Virus record (IMG/VR): IMGVR_UViG_3300044858_005694
Span: 1 to 26,489 of that record
Length of the DNA stretch: 26,489 bases
Source: a virus
Taxonomy: Duplodnaviria; Caudoviricetes
Strand: one strand, 5' to 3'
Part shown: piece after piece, positions 24,126-26,489 of the stretch
Layout: each line of letters starts with the position of its first letter
Position numbering within the stretch: position 1 is the first letter of the stretch
Program-made: the position numbers and the translations under genes
Notes under the pieces: generated by a model
Seen by the model: the letters and a program-made list of their open reading frames with translations, nothing else
What the model was told of the DNA's origin: nothing
The model's database searches: none

Positions 24126-24830
24126 CTAAATTGTTTCCGGCACCAAAGTGCGAAGTTCATGTTCGTGGTTCTCCAGGCCGTCCCAGGACCGGAACTGGCG
24201 GACGAAGACCTGACCGTTGTGCGGGTCCATCCAGGCGAACTTGTCGCGGTGTTTCTCGTAGGCGTAAGCGCCCAGGACATTGAACTCGGAGAAGCTGCGG
24301 TAGGGCCGGTTGGTGATGTATTGTTCGAGCGACATGCTGTGCCGCTCTTCGAGAAAGAGCCGCACCTCGACGTGCAGCCAGCGCGGATACATAAACGGGT
24401 GCCGCCGCATGAACTCATACTGGGGCTCCCAGCCCAGCACTTCGGTCACGATGGGCTGCCAGGGCTCGCGTCCCACCTTTTCGTAGGGCTCGTAGTAGAC
24501 GATCGGTTTGCCATCGACCATAAGCGAAAGCGGCGACATGGGTTTAGTCAGCACGGTGTCCGAGTCCCAATGCAAAATGTATTCGGCGTCGGAGTAGACG
24601 TCGGCCATGAGCTTGCTGATTTGCTGACCCAGGTAGTCGTCGCCGTAGATCGGGCACTCGTGGACTTGCTCGGCGGTCAGGTGGGCCAACAGGTGACTGT
24701 CACCCGCAGGCACAATAACATGGTAGTTGCGGAGCCCCTTGGCATGGCGGTGCAGGGAGCGCAGGGCATAGGCGAGCCATCCGAAATCGCCGCGATAGGA
24801 GCGAAGGACTAAGTCTGTGACGGGATACAT
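24126..24830 (-). CDS. Glycosyltransferase-like protein (GT-A fold, DUF6492-like)
   Basis: 'DLVLRSY..D..WL.YALRSL', 'YLGQQISKL.AD', DxD motif 'ILHWDSDTV' and 'FSEFNVLGAY'. Confidence 0.7.
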   Translation of the reverse strand: MYPVTDLVLRSYRGDFGWLAYALRSLHRHAKGLRNYHVIVPAGDSHLLAHLTAEQVHECPIYGDDYLGQQISKLMADVYSDAEYILHWDSDTVLTKPMSPLSLMVDGKPIVYYEPYEKVGREPWQPIVTEVLGWEPQYEFMRRHPFMYPRWLHVEVRLFLEERHSMSLEQYITNRPYRSFSEFNVLGAYAYEKHRDKFAWMDPHNGQVFVRQFRSWDGLENHEHELRTLVPETI

Positions 24831-25465
24831 AGGATGTCGTATTGAGGACCACGGTCTTCCGGGTAGCAGGTGACGTCGTAGCCGAATTCTTTTTCGATGA
24901 GCCAGTGAAGGTCGGCCGGGGTTTTTTTACGACCGGCCAGGGCGCTCTCGTTGACCTCGACCCAGAGGACCGGCTTGTGCTGCGAGATGGTCTGGTGCGC
25001 TCCGACCAGGGCTTCGTATTCGCAGCCTTCAATGTCGAGTTTGAAGAAGTCCAGTCGCCGGAGGTTCAGGGAATCAAGGGTCGAGAGGGGGACTGAGCCG
25101 ATTCCGCTGCCGATTCGGCTTGCTCCGGCGTTGGCATCGAAGTGGTAGTCGGCCAGGAAGTCATGATCGGAGAGCCCAGCGTTGAAGGTCACGGCCTGCG
25201 GGCAGTTGTGGCAGAGACAGGAGTAGGCGGCGGGGTTGGGTTCGAAGGCAAAGACCTTGCCTTGCGGGCCCACAGCCTTGAGATAGGCGATCGTGTGGTC
25301 GCCGATGAAGGCCCCGGCATCCACGACCCAGTCGCCCGCTTTGATGTGCGGCAGGATCAGGCCGATCGAGTAAACGTCATGGTCCAGGCGGCGCTCCTCC
25401 TCGACCCATTTGGAGATGTGGGTGTCGCCCTCGATGACCGCGATGCCGTTGTCCAGGATCTTCAT
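24809..25465 (-). CDS. FkbM-family SAM-dependent methyltransferase
   Basis: 'VVDAGAFIGDHT', 'VFAFEPNP', 'LDFFKLDIEGCEYEALVGA' and 'KPVLWVE'. Confidence 0.9.
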   Translation of the reverse strand: MKILDNGIAVIEGDTHISKWVEEERRLDHDVYSIGLILPHIKAGDWVVDAGAFIGDHTIAYLKAVGPQGKVFAFEPNPAAYSCLCHNCPQAVTFNAGLSDHDFLADYHFDANAGASRIGSGIGSVPLSTLDSLNLRRLDFFKLDIEGCEYEALVGAHQTISQHKPVLWVEVNESALAGRKKTPADLHWLIEKEFGYDVTCYPEDRGPQYDILCIPSQT

Positions 25466-25725
25466 ATCGTGTAACTGCTTAGGTAGATAGGTGTGCGCGG
25501 CCCGAGATAGGCGCAGGAGATGTTGAAGTCGAAATACTCGACCGCTTCTTCGTAGGACATGTCGCGTTCGAGGACTTGAATAACTCGAACAGTATCGTAG
25601 ACGACAACGTCGTTGCCGTCGGTTTTCTTGGCGACCCCGAGAATGGCCGCATCAAAGTCTTGATCGTCCAGGAACATAAGTTCTGGACCGAAGGTTTCAG
25701 ATAACTTTTCACGAAGGTTGATCAC
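25462..25725 (-). CDS. Conserved phage hypothetical protein
   Basis: 'FDAAILGV...VVVYD...MSYEEAVEYFDFNI..AYLG..TPIY', a widespread small phage family of unknown function. Confidence 0.75.
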   Translation of the reverse strand: MINLREKLSETFGPELMFLDDQDFDAAILGVAKKTDGNDVVVYDTVRVIQVLERDMSYEEAVEYFDFNISCAYLGPRTPIYLSSYTI

Positions 25726-25880
25726 TCAATACCGGCGAACTTGGCAAACTTGGTGGAGGCCAGGACACGGGCGCGGCGCTCCACGCGCTCTTCGTACTCG
25801 CGGCGGAACTCGCTCCACACGAAACGAACAGCGACCGTAAGGACTATGCCGATAGTGACTCCGCAGATAAATGCTCCCAT
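25722..25880 (-). CDS. Small single-TM protein
   Basis: Likely start ATG 25880. MGAFICGVTIGIVLTVAVRFVW followed by a charged tail. Confidence 0.55.
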   Translation of the reverse strand: MGAFICGVTIGIVLTVAVRFVWSEFRREYEERVERRARVLASTKFAKFAGIE

Positions 25881-25888
25881 GGTTGCGC

Positions 25889-26035
25889 TCATCTGGTCGC
25901 AAGAAAATAGAGCCCGATGTTGCTGAAGGCATAGCCAGCGTAGGCCATGCACATGCTCGCGTTGCCCTTGACCCCCTGTTCCAGGGAGACATAGGCATAG
26001 ATCAGGCCGGTCAGGATGATGAGCGAACCCGACAC
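25889..26035 (-). CDS. Small two-TM membrane protein
   Basis: Likely GTG start 26035. 'SGSLIILTGLIYAYVSLEQ..KGN......YAGYAFSNIGLY', a small family I recognise from freshwater phages. Confidence 0.65.
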   Translation of the reverse strand: MSGSLIILTGLIYAYVSLEQGVKGNASMCMAYAGYAFSNIGLYFLATR

Positions 26036-26039
26036 GGCG

Positions 26040-26222
26040 CTAGACCAAGGCCTTGCCCCGCACGAGGACACTGATGGCGGCGCGCAGGAGCACTCCGGCC
26101 AGGATGAAACGCCCGCCAACGGTCAAGGCTCTCGCATAGAAAGCCGACTCTTCGGGCTGGATCGGATAGGTTGATTTGGTTTTGCGGGATTTCCGCTTGG
26201 GTTTGGTTTTGGTGGTTGTCAT
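26040..26222 (-). CDS. Small basic hypothetical protein
   Basis: Lys-rich N-terminus and hydrophobic C-terminus. Starts 3 nt after the upstream stop. Confidence 0.5.
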   Translation of the reverse strand: MTTTKTKPKRKSRKTKSTYPIQPEESAFYARALTVGGRFILAGVLLRAAISVLVRGKALV

Positions 26223-26225
26223 AAA

Positions 26226-26489
26226 TTATTTGTCCAATTTCTTGTGCGCTTCGGCGTAGAGAAACTGGGTCAGGTTGGCGTGCGCTTCTTCGTCTTTGCA
26301 GCCGACGTGCTTGAGAAACCCCCGTGTGACGTGCACCAGTTCATGGACCAGGGTGCCGAAGGTTCCGTCGTTGTGCGCTTCAGGCCAGGAGTCCAGCCAG
26401 ATGAAAGCGTAGCAGTCACAGACAATGGCCCAGCCGTTGGCGTTTTCGAGTTTGTTGGTGACTTCGACGTCGCAGTGCCGCGCACACTC
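26226..26489 (-). CDS. HExxH metallopeptidase-like protein (5'-partial; not in ORF track)
   Basis: Hand translation ...GTFGTLVHELVHVTRGFLKHVGCKDEEAHANLTQFLYAEAHKKLDK*, with HELVH plus a downstream EE..A. Confidence 0.7.
   Translation of the reverse strand, partial: ECARHCDVEVTNKLENANGWAIVCDCYAFIWLDSWPEAHNDGTFGTLVHELVHVTRGFLKHVGCKDEEAHANLTQFLYAEAHKKLDK

Noticed and set aside
26270-26485. ORF-track 71-aa minus-strand ORF
   Set aside because: It is in the wrong frame. The overlapping frame 26489..26226 encodes a coherent HExxH protein.
1-26489. Stop-codon reassignment or programmed frameshift
   Set aside because: Standard-code ORFs tile both arms densely, TAA, TGA and TAG all serve as stops, and no broken gene needing recoding was seen.

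Overview
This window is a fragment of a tailed dsDNA bacteriophage (or prophage) genome with a podovirus-like layout. From 1 to 23499 a tightly packed + strand late region holds tail-fibre and receptor-binding genes, an atypical lysis cluster, a YkuD-type (His/Ser-x-Gly-Cys) endolysin candidate and a tail tubular/adaptor-like gene. It continues with three successive internal-virion (ejection) protein genes. The last of these is a 3230-aa 'polyvalent' protein with an HExxH zincin motif, an ADP-ribosyltransferase-like module and a sigma-finger-like motif. After a convergent hairpin terminator (~23500-23525), the - strand carries small accessory genes: a lipoprotein, a glycosyltransferase-like gene overlapping an FkbM methyltransferase gene, small membrane proteins and a partial HExxH peptidase. 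The most unusual items are (i) a tail-fibre-repeat protein that begins with a Sec-type signal peptide and is rich in TN and N-x-S/T motifs, (ii) the multi-effector giant injected protein, (iii) AT-rich in-frame cassettes inside GC-rich gene frameworks, (iv) a lysis cluster with no recognisable spanin but with an unlisted cationic 56-aa ORF, and (v) an AEP-like gene in the tail module. No tRNA, rRNA, CRISPR array, integrase or reverse transcriptase was seen. All product calls come from motif recognition by eye, not database searches.
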